A stretch of 64,000 nt of DNA from an uncultured Spirochaetales bacterium (GTDB lineage Bacteria; Spirochaetota; Spirochaetia; Treponematales; JBGSOB01): assembly GCA_964470375.1 (NCBI GenBank), contig CAYYCP010000006.1:524-64523 (forward strand), read 5' to 3'. Below the pieces are notes generated by a model, which did no database searches, had not been told where the DNA came from, and saw only the letters and a list, made by a program, of their open reading frames with translations. The stretch's first letter is position 1. Each line of letters begins with the position of its first letter. This document shows positions 7,476 through 15,737 of the stretch, piece after piece. A program made the position numbers and the translations under genes.

Positions 7476-9596
7476 TCAATTGCCCTGCTTGAGGAAGGCG
7501 TCCCGATAGCCCAGGGACTTCATCCTGAGGAGGACGATGCCTCCCTCATCCTTTCGCAGGGGGCCGATGAAGACTTTGTAGAGCTTATCGCCCTTCGACT
7601 CCACCTCCTGATAACTCAGGGGATAGCCTGCGCCCACGCTCCCCAGGGCCTCGCTGACGCCTAAGACAGTCTTAAATACTCCAATCTGCACGTAATAGGA
7701 GCCCATGGAGAGGGCGTCTATGCGCCTAGCTCCGGCCAACACCATTTGAGCAGCCTCAGCATCCTTTCGGTTTGATACAAGGGCCTCGGGCGGCTTCTCG
7801 CCCGTCGGCGCCACGGGTTCAGCAGGTATGCCCGGCTCGGCCTTGGAGAAACTGGGGACTACTGCCTCGGGTTGTGCCTCGACCCTATCTGCGACCGCCA
7901 GGGCTGGAGCCTCCTCAAGGCTCTCAGGCGCCGTGGGGATATCCATGCTTGCGGTAATAGCGCCGCCCCTCCGCGCCATGACGGTCTTCCCATCGAATGA
8001 ATCGGCGACAGGGGGGCCGGAGGGCTCGGGCGGTTTCTCGGCTGTCGCCACCAGGCTCACTTCCTGAGTCTCAGGATCGGGCATCCTGCCTTCCGCAAGA
8101 GTCCTTCCCTCCACCTTGGCCGCCGCTAGCCGTTCTTCAGCAATCGCGGTATCGCCCGCCGGCTCCTCGCCCAGCTCGGGATCGGCCAGGGCAGCCTCGA
8201 TGCCGGATCCTTCACGCCGCGATGCTAAAAGACGCTCGTCGGCCACGGCAGTATCAGGAGCCGGCTCCTCGCCCAGCTCGGGATCGGCCAGGGCAGCCTC
8301 GACGCCGGATCTTTCACGCCGCGATACTAAAAGACGTTCGTCGGCCACGCCCGTCTCGGCTTTGCCCTCATCCATGATCTCAGGCAGGGCCAGGGCGCTT
8401 TCGATATCATTTCCGCCTACGCGGGAGGCGGCCAGGAGGGCCTCTGCCTCTGGCCCCCCTCTTTCATTCTCGACAAGGGCCGGGGCCTCAAGACCAGTGT
8501 CAGCGATCACTCCGTCCCTCGGGCGCAACCCGCTCAGGACTATCACCTCAGCCTCACCCCTGGGGGCTTCTTCGGTAAGGGCCACAGGAGGAAGGTCTTT
8601 CTCCAAGGCCGCGGCTGGTGAAGGTGTCTTCAATCTCACGAGGGCGCTCTCGGGCATGCCGCGCGGCTCCAGGTCAGGATCGGCAAGGGTCTGGGCCGGT
8701 GCCCCTCCCTCGGCGGGGGAGAGCCGCACCCGCTCTATAGCTTGGGCGCTGGCCAGGGGCTCGCGGGCTACCATCTCCTCGAGTAGAGGCTCGCGCAGGG
8801 CGAAGGAGCGCTCATGCTCCTCAAGCTTTGTTCCAGCGACATAGACCAGGGCTTCAGGGGCCATCTCCTCCACCTCCGGCGGCCGTGCCGAGGCCGGGAC
8901 GAAATCAGGGGCCCCATCCACCCTCGGGGTATCGGTTGCGGATGCGCTGGCCTCCACGGCCACAGGCAGTCTCTCCTCCACCTTGGGCACATCGACAGGT
9001 TGACGCACGCTGGCTCGGGCGGGGGGCGCCTCGCGCTGGTCGCCTATGGCGACCGGAGTCTGGTCGATCATCGATTGAATGGATTCGATGGCCGCCTCCG
9101 TAGACGCAGGCTTGCCATCCTGGACGGCTAGAGCCGGGGTTTCCTCAAGGACTTCCCCATAACCCGTCTCGGCCGCTTGGGACTTTGCCCTCTCCCGGCT
9201 CACCAGGGCGGCCGGATTCAAGTCCGGATCCTCGCTCAGGCCGGGGCTGTCCATCCTGATGGAGGCATCGGCCCCCTTTTTCGGCATGGAGACGCGCACA
9301 CGCGCCACCGTGCCTATGGCGATGCCCAGTTCAGCCGAGGCTTCCGGCGAAAGTGAAATAAAAACCCCAGGATTGTCCAGCTGACCCGTGACGATGACTT
9401 GGACGGTCTTGCCGTTCTCCAAGTTCTGGACCTCCACCAGGGTATTGCGGGGGAATGACGAACAGGCTCCATAGAGGCCGGCCTGCGGGAACTCGCCGAA
9501 ATTCGAGGCTACCGCCGTCCCCTCCCAAAAAGCAGCCGCTCCCAGCGCGGCAGCCATGGCAATTAGCGCGGCGACCGTGATAGCTCTGATTCTCAT
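7476..9596 (-). CDS. Secreted RlpA-like (DPBB) protein with a long acidic repeat linker and a C-terminal SPOR domain
   Basis: Signal peptide (IAMAAALGAAAF). RlpA-like block: FPRNTLVEVQNLENGKTVQVIVTGQLDNPGVFISLSPEASAELGI. C-terminal SPOR-like block: SYYVQIGVFK...YKVFIGPL...LGYRDAFL. Confidence 0.8.
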   Translation of the reverse strand: MRIRAITVAALIAMAAALGAAAFWEGTAVASNFGEFPQAGLYGACSSFPRNTLVEVQNLENGKTVQVIVTGQLDNPGVFISLSPEASAELGIAIGTVARVRVSMPKKGADASIRMDSPGLSEDPDLNPAALVSRERAKSQAAETGYGEVLEETPALAVQDGKPASTEAAIESIQSMIDQTPVAIGDQREAPPARASVRQPVDVPKVEERLPVAVEASASATDTPRVDGAPDFVPASARPPEVEEMAPEALVYVAGTKLEEHERSFALREPLLEEMVAREPLASAQAIERVRLSPAEGGAPAQTLADPDLEPRGMPESALVRLKTPSPAAALEKDLPPVALTEEAPRGEAEVIVLSGLRPRDGVIADTGLEAPALVENERGGPEAEALLAASRVGGNDIESALALPEIMDEGKAETGVADERLLVSRRERSGVEAALADPELGEEPAPDTAVADERLLASRREGSGIEAALADPELGEEPAGDTAIAEERLAAAKVEGRTLAEGRMPDPETQEVSLVATAEKPPEPSGPPVADSFDGKTVMARRGGAITASMDIPTAPESLEEAPALAVADRVEAQPEAVVPSFSKAEPGIPAEPVAPTGEKPPEALVSNRKDAEAAQMVLAGARRIDALSMGSYYVQIGVFKTVLGVSEALGSVGAGYPLSYQEVESKGDKLYKVFIGPLRKDEGGIVLLRMKSLGYRDAFLKQGN
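8110..8364. repeat. Tandem 102-nt (34-aa) coding repeat, about 2.5 copies, inside the RlpA-SPOR gene
   Basis: Units begin at 8161 and 8263 and are near-identical (ggctcctcgcccagctcgggatcggccagggcagcctcga...). They encode ADERLL(V/A)SRRE(R/G)SG(V/I)EAALADPELGEEPA(P/G)DTA(V/I). A partial third unit lies at 8110-8160. Confidence 0.85.
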
Positions 9597-10117
9597 GGCT
9601 CTCCCCCCCCGGCGGACAGGCCTAGGTGATCCAGACAGTCGAGCGCGATGGCCTCGCCCGTCCGGCGCATGAATTCCAATACTGACTGGCTCCCCCCCTC
9701 GGCTGCCTTCACTGGCTGCATGCCGGCCCGCCGCCCCCTGTGGAGGACCTTCCCGTCAGCGGCCCGATAGAGCGCGTAATCGACTGCCTCCGGGAAATCG
9801 ACCGAGCCGGCCGGCGCCTTGGCGGGCTTGAAAACAAGCCTGATGACGTAGCTCACGTAGGCCGCCTCTAGGGCGGCGCACTCCTCAGCTGAGAGAGTGG
9901 GCAGATCGGAACCGGTCTGGACGCGGACAACCTGGCTCGTGCCGATGAGACCGCTGGCGAAGAGACCGTCGAGACAGCCCCCCACAAGGGCCTCGGCCAT
10001 GGGCAGGGGTTGGCTGTCCGGCTCTCCGCGCTCCAGGACTTGGACCGATACGGTCTGTGCGCCTAGGACGCAGGCGATACTCAGTGAAAGGATCGGTATG
10101 GCCAAGACAGGCTTCAT
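9593..10117 (-). CDS. Hypothetical secreted protein or lipoprotein
   Basis: MKPVLAIPILSLSIACVLGAQ is a signal peptide with a possible lipobox Cys. AGGAG SD lies 4 nt before ATG 10117 (ORF track starts at TTG 10129). The 3' end overlaps the RlpA-like gene start by 4 nt. Confidence 0.6.
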   Translation of the reverse strand: MKPVLAIPILSLSIACVLGAQTVSVQVLERGEPDSQPLPMAEALVGGCLDGLFASGLIGTSQVVRVQTGSDLPTLSAEECAALEAAYVSYVIRLVFKPAKAPAGSVDFPEAVDYALYRAADGKVLHRGRRAGMQPVKAAEGGSQSVLEFMRRTGEAIALDCLDHLGLSAGGGEP

Positions 10118-10233
10118 TTTACTCCTCAAGCGGCTTCCCAGGCGGAATGCCTCCTCACCGGAAGAGGCTACGCGCGCGAATACGCCGCTTCATCCTCGTT
10201 ATCGGTAATCTGCGGCCTCGGGTTTACCGCCAG

Positions 10234-10263
10234 TTGATGATTCCGGCGCGGCCATGCTATTTT
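10234..10263 (+). promoter_or_regulatory. Predicted extended -10 promoter (TTGATG-18-TGcTATTTT) for the upstream ORF / NusG-paralogue operon
   Basis: TTGATG 10234-10239, 18-nt spacer ending in TG (10255-10256), TATTTT 10258-10263. The AGGAGG SD at 10275-10280 follows. Confidence 0.5.
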
Positions 10264-10285
10264 CTTGCCTGTGCAGGAGGTGTGG

Positions 10286-10393
10286 ATGACGTTGAGGGAG
10301 GGGCTTGCGCCCAGGGTGAAAAGCCTTCTCGCCCTGCTCCAGAAAAAAGGCGGCTATCGCGCGGTCCCGGCCCTCATCACCTCGCATCATTAA
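10286..10393 (+). CDS. 35-codon upstream ORF (candidate leader peptide), MTLREGLAPRVKSLLALLQKKGGYRAVPALITSHH
   Basis: AGGAGG lies 5 nt before ATG 10286. Third-codon positions are mostly G/C, like real genes here. The TAA stop (10391-10393) is 5 nt before the SD-less ATG of the NusG paralogue. Too short for the ORF track. Confidence 0.35.
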   Translation: MTLREGLAPRVKSLLALLQKKGGYRAVPALITSHH

Positions 10394-10398
10394 GCTCG

Positions 10399-11013
10399 AT
10401 GAATTACTACGCCCTACAAGTGAAGACAGGTGACGAGGAGCTGGTGAAGAAGAGGGTGGAGATCGCCCTTAACAAGCGTGATTTCTGCGTCATCCTGCCT
10501 ACCCGAACCCTGAGGATCCGTCGCGGCGGCAAGGTTCGCGAACAGTGTCGCCCCGTCTTCAGCGGCTACATCTTCCTGTCCGGGGAGGATTCTCCCTCCC
10601 AGGTCTACATGGCCCTCAAGCGCACCGAGGGCTTCTATCGTTTCCTGCCCTCCAACACCATCCTCAAGCCCCTCCTGGGAAGCGATCTAGCCCACCTGAA
10701 GCACTTCATGTCCTTCGCCCGCCGTTCCGATATATCGAAGGTAAGCTTCGACGAGAACGAGAGGATCATCGTCCATGAGGGCCCCCTCAAGGGCTACGAG
10801 GGCATGATCGTCAGGGTCGATCGGCGCAAGGGCAGGGCCCGCATACGGATAGATTTCTGCCGCGGTCCCATGACTCTCGACCTCTCGTTTGACGTTCTGG
10901 CCAAGGCCGAAGCTGGCGGAGGGGCAGACGATGGAAGACAAACGCTTGGCGAGGATCTACGTGATCGGGGCGGGCTTCGCAGGCAAGACGATAGCCCGGG
11001 AGATAGAGCGTAA
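10399..11013 (+). CDS. NusG-family paralogue (LoaP/UpxY/RfaH-like operon-specific antiterminator candidate)
   Basis: MNYYALQVKTGDEELVKKRVE...RPVFSGYIFL is an NGN domain. IIVHEGPLKGYEGMIVRVDRRKGRARIRI is a KOW motif. The ORF-track extension back to 10057 is Arg/Pro-rich and non-coding-like. Confidence 0.75.
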   Translation: MNYYALQVKTGDEELVKKRVEIALNKRDFCVILPTRTLRIRRGGKVREQCRPVFSGYIFLSGEDSPSQVYMALKRTEGFYRFLPSNTILKPLLGSDLAHLKHFMSFARRSDISKVSFDENERIIVHEGPLKGYEGMIVRVDRRKGRARIRIDFCRGPMTLDLSFDVLAKAEAGGGADDGRQTLGEDLRDRGGLRRQDDSPGDRA

Positions 11014-12409
11014 GCACGTCCTGGGGAAGGTGGTGGCCTTCCTGGACGATGACAGCTCCAAGATCGGCAGCCGTATCCTGGGTATCCCGGTTCTGGGCCC
11101 CATCAAGGACGTCATCCATCTATTAAGGAAGAATCCCGCAGACGAGGCTATCATCGCCATCCCCTCGGCCTCCCGGCAGTACCTGCGCGAGCTCTACGAG
11201 CTGCTCAAGCTGGCCGGCTTCGAGCGCATCCGTATCCTTCCCTCAGTGGCCCAGATTATCGAGGGCGACGCCCACCTGATCCAGGCCAAGACCATAGACC
11301 CCCAGGACCTGCTTGGTCGTGATCCGGTGGCGGTGGGGCTGAAGGAAAGCCTGACGTACCTGCGCGGCAAGCGCGTCCTGGTCACTGGTGCGGGCGGCTC
11401 GATCGGCTCGGAGATATGTCGGCAACTGCTTATGGGAGGTGCCCAGCGCCTGTATCTCTTCGGTCACGGCGAAAATTCCATCTACGAGATCGACCGTGAC
11501 CTGCGCCTCCTCAAGGAGGAGGGCGTCGGGGACGCCACAATCGTTCCGGTGATCGGTGAGCTGAAGGACGCCGACTACACCCGCTTCATCCTCAAGCGAC
11601 TCAAGGCCGACGTGATATTCCATTGTGCCGCCTACAAGCACGTCCCCATGATGGAAGAAAACCCGGTGGCGGCAGTGGAAAACAACGTCTTCGGTACCCT
11701 CAACCTGGTGGACGCGGCCATCCAGGCCGGCACAAAGCGCCTCGTGCTCATCTCCACCGACAAGGCGGTGGACCCGGTTTCAGTATACGGCGCCTCCAAG
11801 TACCTCTCGGAACTGATCGTCCTGGAGCGGGCCGCCCAGACCGGCCTGGCCTACATGGTGGTGCGCTTCGGCAACGTGCTGGGCTCGCGCGGCTCGATCA
11901 TCCCGCTCTTCCAGCGCCAGATCGCCAAGGGCGGTCCGCTGACCGTCACCGACTTGCGGGCCAGCCGCTACTTCATGACCATACCGGAGGCCTGCTCACT
12001 GGTGCTCAAGTGTGGCGGTGTGGGGGTGGGCGGCACCCGCTACCTCTTAGAGATGGGCGAACCCATGCGCATCATCGATCTGGCGGAGCAGATGATCCGC
12101 TTCTACGGCTTCGAGCCGGAACGCGACATCCGCATTGTAGAGACCGGCCTGAGACGCGGGGAGCGCCTGGAGGAAAGGCTGCACAACCAACGCGAGCGCA
12201 GGCTGCCCACGGAATTCCCGGGCATAGACCGGCTTGAAGAAATCCAGCGGAACGGATTTACTGTGGACCAGGTCATACAGGATTTGGCGCCTGTCTGCCG
12301 CTTTGATCCGTCCAGGCCGGAGGCCTACCGTAATCGGCGCGTCCTGCGCAGCGTTTTGTCGCGCTATGTTCCCAGCCTGCCGGCCCAGGACAAGGAGAGC
12401 GAATACTGA
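10931..12409 (+). CDS. capD: CapD/PglF-type nucleotide-sugar 4,6-dehydratase (soluble form)
   Basis: ARIYVIGAGFAGK...VLVTGAGGSIGSEICRQL...AAYKHVPMME...STDKAV.P.SVYGASK. GGAGGGG SD 7 nt before ATG 10931 (ORF track starts at TTG 10889). Overlaps the NusG paralogue by 83 nt. Confidence 0.85.
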   Translation: MEDKRLARIYVIGAGFAGKTIAREIERKHVLGKVVAFLDDDSSKIGSRILGIPVLGPIKDVIHLLRKNPADEAIIAIPSASRQYLRELYELLKLAGFERIRILPSVAQIIEGDAHLIQAKTIDPQDLLGRDPVAVGLKESLTYLRGKRVLVTGAGGSIGSEICRQLLMGGAQRLYLFGHGENSIYEIDRDLRLLKEEGVGDATIVPVIGELKDADYTRFILKRLKADVIFHCAAYKHVPMMEENPVAAVENNVFGTLNLVDAAIQAGTKRLVLISTDKAVDPVSVYGASKYLSELIVLERAAQTGLAYMVVRFGNVLGSRGSIIPLFQRQIAKGGPLTVTDLRASRYFMTIPEACSLVLKCGGVGVGGTRYLLEMGEPMRIIDLAEQMIRFYGFEPERDIRIVETGLRRGERLEERLHNQRERRLPTEFPGIDRLEEIQRNGFTVDQVIQDLAPVCRFDPSRPEAYRNRRVLRSVLSRYVPSLPAQDKESEY

Positions 12410-13602
12410 ACCACAGCCCCAGCTATACAGAATTCATTCCCTTCGCCCTGCCCTGCCTGGGTAGAGAGGAAGAGGAAGCCGTCCTCAGGGTGATGCGCTC
12501 CGGCTGGCTCACTAGCGGCCCGGAGATGGCGGCTTTCGAGGCGGAATTCTCGGCCTTCACCGGGGCCCGCCAGGCCGTGGCGGTCAATTCCGCCACGGCT
12601 GGCCTACACCTGGCCTTGGAAGCCTGCGGCGTGGGACCCGGGGATTGGGTGCTTACCTCGCCCTACACCTTCAACGCCACCGCCGAGGTGGTTCGGTACC
12701 TGGGCGCGGAAGTCCAATTCGTCGACATCGGGCAGCGGGACTACCTCATGGATCCCGGCCTCCTGGAGGAAGCTCTCGGCTCGGGCAGGCGGATCAAGGC
12801 CATCATACCTGTCCATGTGGCGGGCATGGTCTGCGACATGGCGCGCATCCGGGACATCGCCTGCTCCGCCGGCTCCGGGGAGACGATACGCATCATCGAG
12901 GATGCAGCCCATGCCTTCCCCTCACGCCTCCCGGAGGGCATGGCCGGCTGCCTGGGCGACCTGGGCGTCTTTTCCTTCTACGTCACTAAAACCATCACCA
13001 CCGGAGAGGGCGGCATGGTGGTCACCGCGGATGAGGCCATGGCCGCGCGCATGCGCGTCATGCGCCTGCACGGCATCGACCGGCCCGCCTGGGATCGCTA
13101 CACCTCCCGCCGCGCATCCTGGCGTTACGCAATCGTTGAGGCCGGCTACAAGTACAATCTCACCGACATCGCCGCGGCGATCGGCCGGGTCCAGCTGGCC
13201 AAGGCTGACGCCTTGCTTGAGCGCCGCAGGGCTATCGCCGCAGCCTATGACGCGGCCTTCTCGGAGCGCGATTACCTGCGCATCCCGCCCAGGGGACCAG
13301 GCCATGCCTGGCAGCTGTATTCTCTTAGCCTGGTTTTACCGCGCCTGCGCATAGACCGGGACGAGTACATCGATCTCCTCCAGGAAGCCGGCATCGGCGT
13401 CTCGGTCCACTTCATACCCCTCCATATCATGCCCTACTGGGCCAAGCGCTACGGCCTGCGGCCTGATTCCTTCCCGCGCGCCCTGGAGCGATTCGAATCC
13501 GTCATTTCCCTGCCCATTTGGCCTGGCATGGACGATGCCATGGTCGAAAGGGTCATCAGCACGGTGCTCAAAATCGGCGATTCCCGGACGGTACGTTCGT
13601 GA
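12406..13602 (+). CDS. DegT/DnrJ/EryC1/PglE-family PLP-dependent sugar aminotransferase; start probably a non-canonical CTG
   Basis: IPFALPCLGREEEEAVLRVMRSGWLTSGPEMAAFE...YVTKTITTGEGGMV. The first canonical start is GTG 12490, but the conserved N-terminus is encoded upstream of it. In-frame CTG 12406 has an AAGGAG SD 8 nt upstream. Confidence 0.85.
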   Translation: MNHSPSYTEFIPFALPCLGREEEEAVLRVMRSGWLTSGPEMAAFEAEFSAFTGARQAVAVNSATAGLHLALEACGVGPGDWVLTSPYTFNATAEVVRYLGAEVQFVDIGQRDYLMDPGLLEEALGSGRRIKAIIPVHVAGMVCDMARIRDIACSAGSGETIRIIEDAAHAFPSRLPEGMAGCLGDLGVFSFYVTKTITTGEGGMVVTADEAMAARMRVMRLHGIDRPAWDRYTSRRASWRYAIVEAGYKYNLTDIAAAIGRVQLAKADALLERRRAIAAAYDAAFSERDYLRIPPRGPGHAWQLYSLSLVLPRLRIDRDEYIDLLQEAGIGVSVHFIPLHIMPYWAKRYGLRPDSFPRALERFESVISLPIWPGMDDAMVERVISTVLKIGDSRTVRS

Positions 13603-15737
13603 AGGCCCCTCCTGTTCCGACCGCCCTGGCCTCAGACTTCAGAGCCGAGGGCATGCTGCACCTGCACACCATCAGATCTCCCATCGCCAAGGGCCGTGTC
13701 CTGTCCATCGATCCGGGCATCCTACCACCGGGTTATGGCCTGATCCTTCCCGCTGACATACCCGGCCAGGCGCTGATATCCGCGGGAGGCGCTCGGATAC
13801 CCGTGCTGGCCGGCCAGTCCATCAGCTACCCGGGAGAGCCCCTTGCACTCATCTACGGCCCCGAGGCAGCTAAGCTGGAAATCCTGGCCGAGGCCGTCAA
13901 GGTGGAATGCGAAGAGGAATGGCCCCTCTTCTCCTTCGAGAGCTTTTCCTCTGACCAGATCCTCTGCCAGCGCCGGGTCTCGCGCGGCGACGCCGAAGGC
14001 GCCTTGTCGGCCGCCGAGGCCGTCCTGGAGCGAAGCTATCGGACCGGCAGCCAGGCCCATCGCTATCCGGAGCCCCAGGCCGCCAGCGCCTCCCTCGAAT
14101 ACGATAAGCTTGTGATCCGAACCGCAACCCAGTGGCCCTTCCATGTCCGGGCATCGGTCGCCAGCGTCCTCGACATCCGCCCTGACGATGTGGTCGTCAA
14201 GCCCAGCCCCTGTTGCGCCCACATGGATGGAAAACTATGGTATCCTTCCATCCTCGCCGCCCAGGCGGCCCTTGCCTGCATCCTTGCCAAGCGCCCGGTC
14301 CTCCTGGTCCTGTCGCCCGACGAAGACTTCCTCTACACGCCCAAACGCGCTCGATCATCCATCTCCCTGCGGGCCTGCGTTGACCAAAAGGGCGGGCTCA
14401 GGGCCCTGAGCGCCCAAATACTCCTTGATCTTGGGGCCTACGGGGTATTCGCCGAGGAAATGCTCGAGCGTGTTTGTTCCGCTATACCTGGTCCTTACCT
14501 GTGTCCCGATCTGAGTATTGAGGCCTACGCCCTGCAGACGAACAATCTGCCGCTGGGCCCCCTCTCCGGCATGGGCGTTGCCCAGGGGGCCTTCGCCATG
14601 GAATCCATGATGTCCGAGCTCGCCCAGGCCATTGAGGCCGATCCTGTGGAATTCAGGCTGGCCAGCATGGATTCCGGGCGCAGCCGGCGCGCCCGCAGCA
14701 AGGGCGCAGGCACCCCGGGCGGAAACCGCCAAGCTTGTTTCCGCAGCCTCTGGGAGCGCCTCGCTGAGTCCTCGGATTTTCCCCGCAAGTACTCCTCCTA
14801 CGAGCTGCTGCGCAAGCGCGGCGACGCCTTCGGCGAAGGTCTCAGGCGCGGCATCGGCCTGGCCTTCGGCTTCCAGGGCGACGGATTCATAAGCCACGGT
14901 TCGCCCAGCGCCGCTTCCGTCGAGTGCCTGCTTTCCAAGAAACTCAACCTGGAGATACGCACTTCCGCGGTGGTGTCGGGGGCCGATACGCGCTTAGTCT
15001 GGAAGCGTTTGGCCGCCCGCATCCTGGGCATCCGCGAAGAGGCCGTGAGCATCTCCGAACCGTCGACTGATTGCGGCCAGGACTCAGGTCCGGCTATTCT
15101 ATCGCGCAACGTCTCATTGACAAGCGACCTGGTTATAAAATGCGCCCAGGCCGTTCAGAAGGCCCGTTTCCGATCGCCCCTGCCCATAAGGATTCACAAG
15201 GCATTCAAGGGGAACCGCGCCCCCGCGCACGCGCGTCCGGGTAAGGCGGACAAGACCCTCCCTGACGCAACCATGGATGCCCCTGCCGGCATAGAGGCCT
15301 TCAGCTCCCTCACCTTCGGGGCAGCCGCTGTGGAGGTGGAATTGGATCAACTCACATCCCAGCCTCGGGTGAGCAGCATCTGGATCGTCCTTGACCCTGG
15401 GGAACTTCTATCACCCGAGGGAGCCCTGGCCGGTATCAGGAGCTCGGCCGCCGCCGCCCTGGCTTGGGCCTCCAGCGAACGCCTGGATTTCGTGGATGGG
15501 CGCATACCGCCCTACCTTTTTTGGCGTTACGACGTGCTGAGGACCGATGAGACCCCGCCCATCCACGTGACCTTCCTCCCGCCCTCGGGCGAGGCCTGCC
15601 CCCGCGGTCTGGGTGAACTGGCCTATTCCCTGGTCCCGGCAGCCTACGCCCGAGCCATCGCCCAGGCTTCCGGGTTCCCCGCCGACTCCCTGCCGGTCGG
15701 CATAGACCGCCTGATGCTGGAGGCCCTTGGCGCATGA
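13599..15737 (+). CDS. Xanthine dehydrogenase/aldehyde oxidase-family molybdopterin-binding large subunit (divergent)
   Basis: The N-terminal hammerhead pattern is EGMLHLHTIRSPIAKGRVLSID...ADIPG...YPGEPLALIYG. Further downstream come ...QAHRYPEPQAA... and the C-terminal ...GLGELAYSLVPAAYARAIAQASG. GTG 13599 overlaps the degT stop (GTGA). The ORF track starts at 13518. Confidence 0.8.
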   Translation: MKAPPVPTALASDFRAEGMLHLHTIRSPIAKGRVLSIDPGILPPGYGLILPADIPGQALISAGGARIPVLAGQSISYPGEPLALIYGPEAAKLEILAEAVKVECEEEWPLFSFESFSSDQILCQRRVSRGDAEGALSAAEAVLERSYRTGSQAHRYPEPQAASASLEYDKLVIRTATQWPFHVRASVASVLDIRPDDVVVKPSPCCAHMDGKLWYPSILAAQAALACILAKRPVLLVLSPDEDFLYTPKRARSSISLRACVDQKGGLRALSAQILLDLGAYGVFAEEMLERVCSAIPGPYLCPDLSIEAYALQTNNLPLGPLSGMGVAQGAFAMESMMSELAQAIEADPVEFRLASMDSGRSRRARSKGAGTPGGNRQACFRSLWERLAESSDFPRKYSSYELLRKRGDAFGEGLRRGIGLAFGFQGDGFISHGSPSAASVECLLSKKLNLEIRTSAVVSGADTRLVWKRLAARILGIREEAVSISEPSTDCGQDSGPAILSRNVSLTSDLVIKCAQAVQKARFRSPLPIRIHKAFKGNRAPAHARPGKADKTLPDATMDAPAGIEAFSSLTFGAAAVEVELDQLTSQPRVSSIWIVLDPGELLSPEGALAGIRSSAAAALAWASSERLDFVDGRIPPYLFWRYDVLRTDETPPIHVTFLPPSGEACPRGLGELAYSLVPAAYARAIAQASGFPADSLPVGIDRLMLEALGA

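Noticed and set aside
8116-8844. 242-aa plus-strand ORF antisense to the RlpA-SPOR gene.
   Set aside because: Ser/Arg/Ala-rich low-complexity shadow frame. The opposite strand has recognisable DPBB and SPOR domains.
10057-10398. N-terminal extension of the NusG-paralogue ORF (the ORF track gives 318 aa from GTG 10057).
   Set aside because: The extension is Arg/Pro-rich, overlaps the divergent lipoprotein gene and the predicted promoter, and precedes the natural NGN-domain start MNYYALQVKTG.
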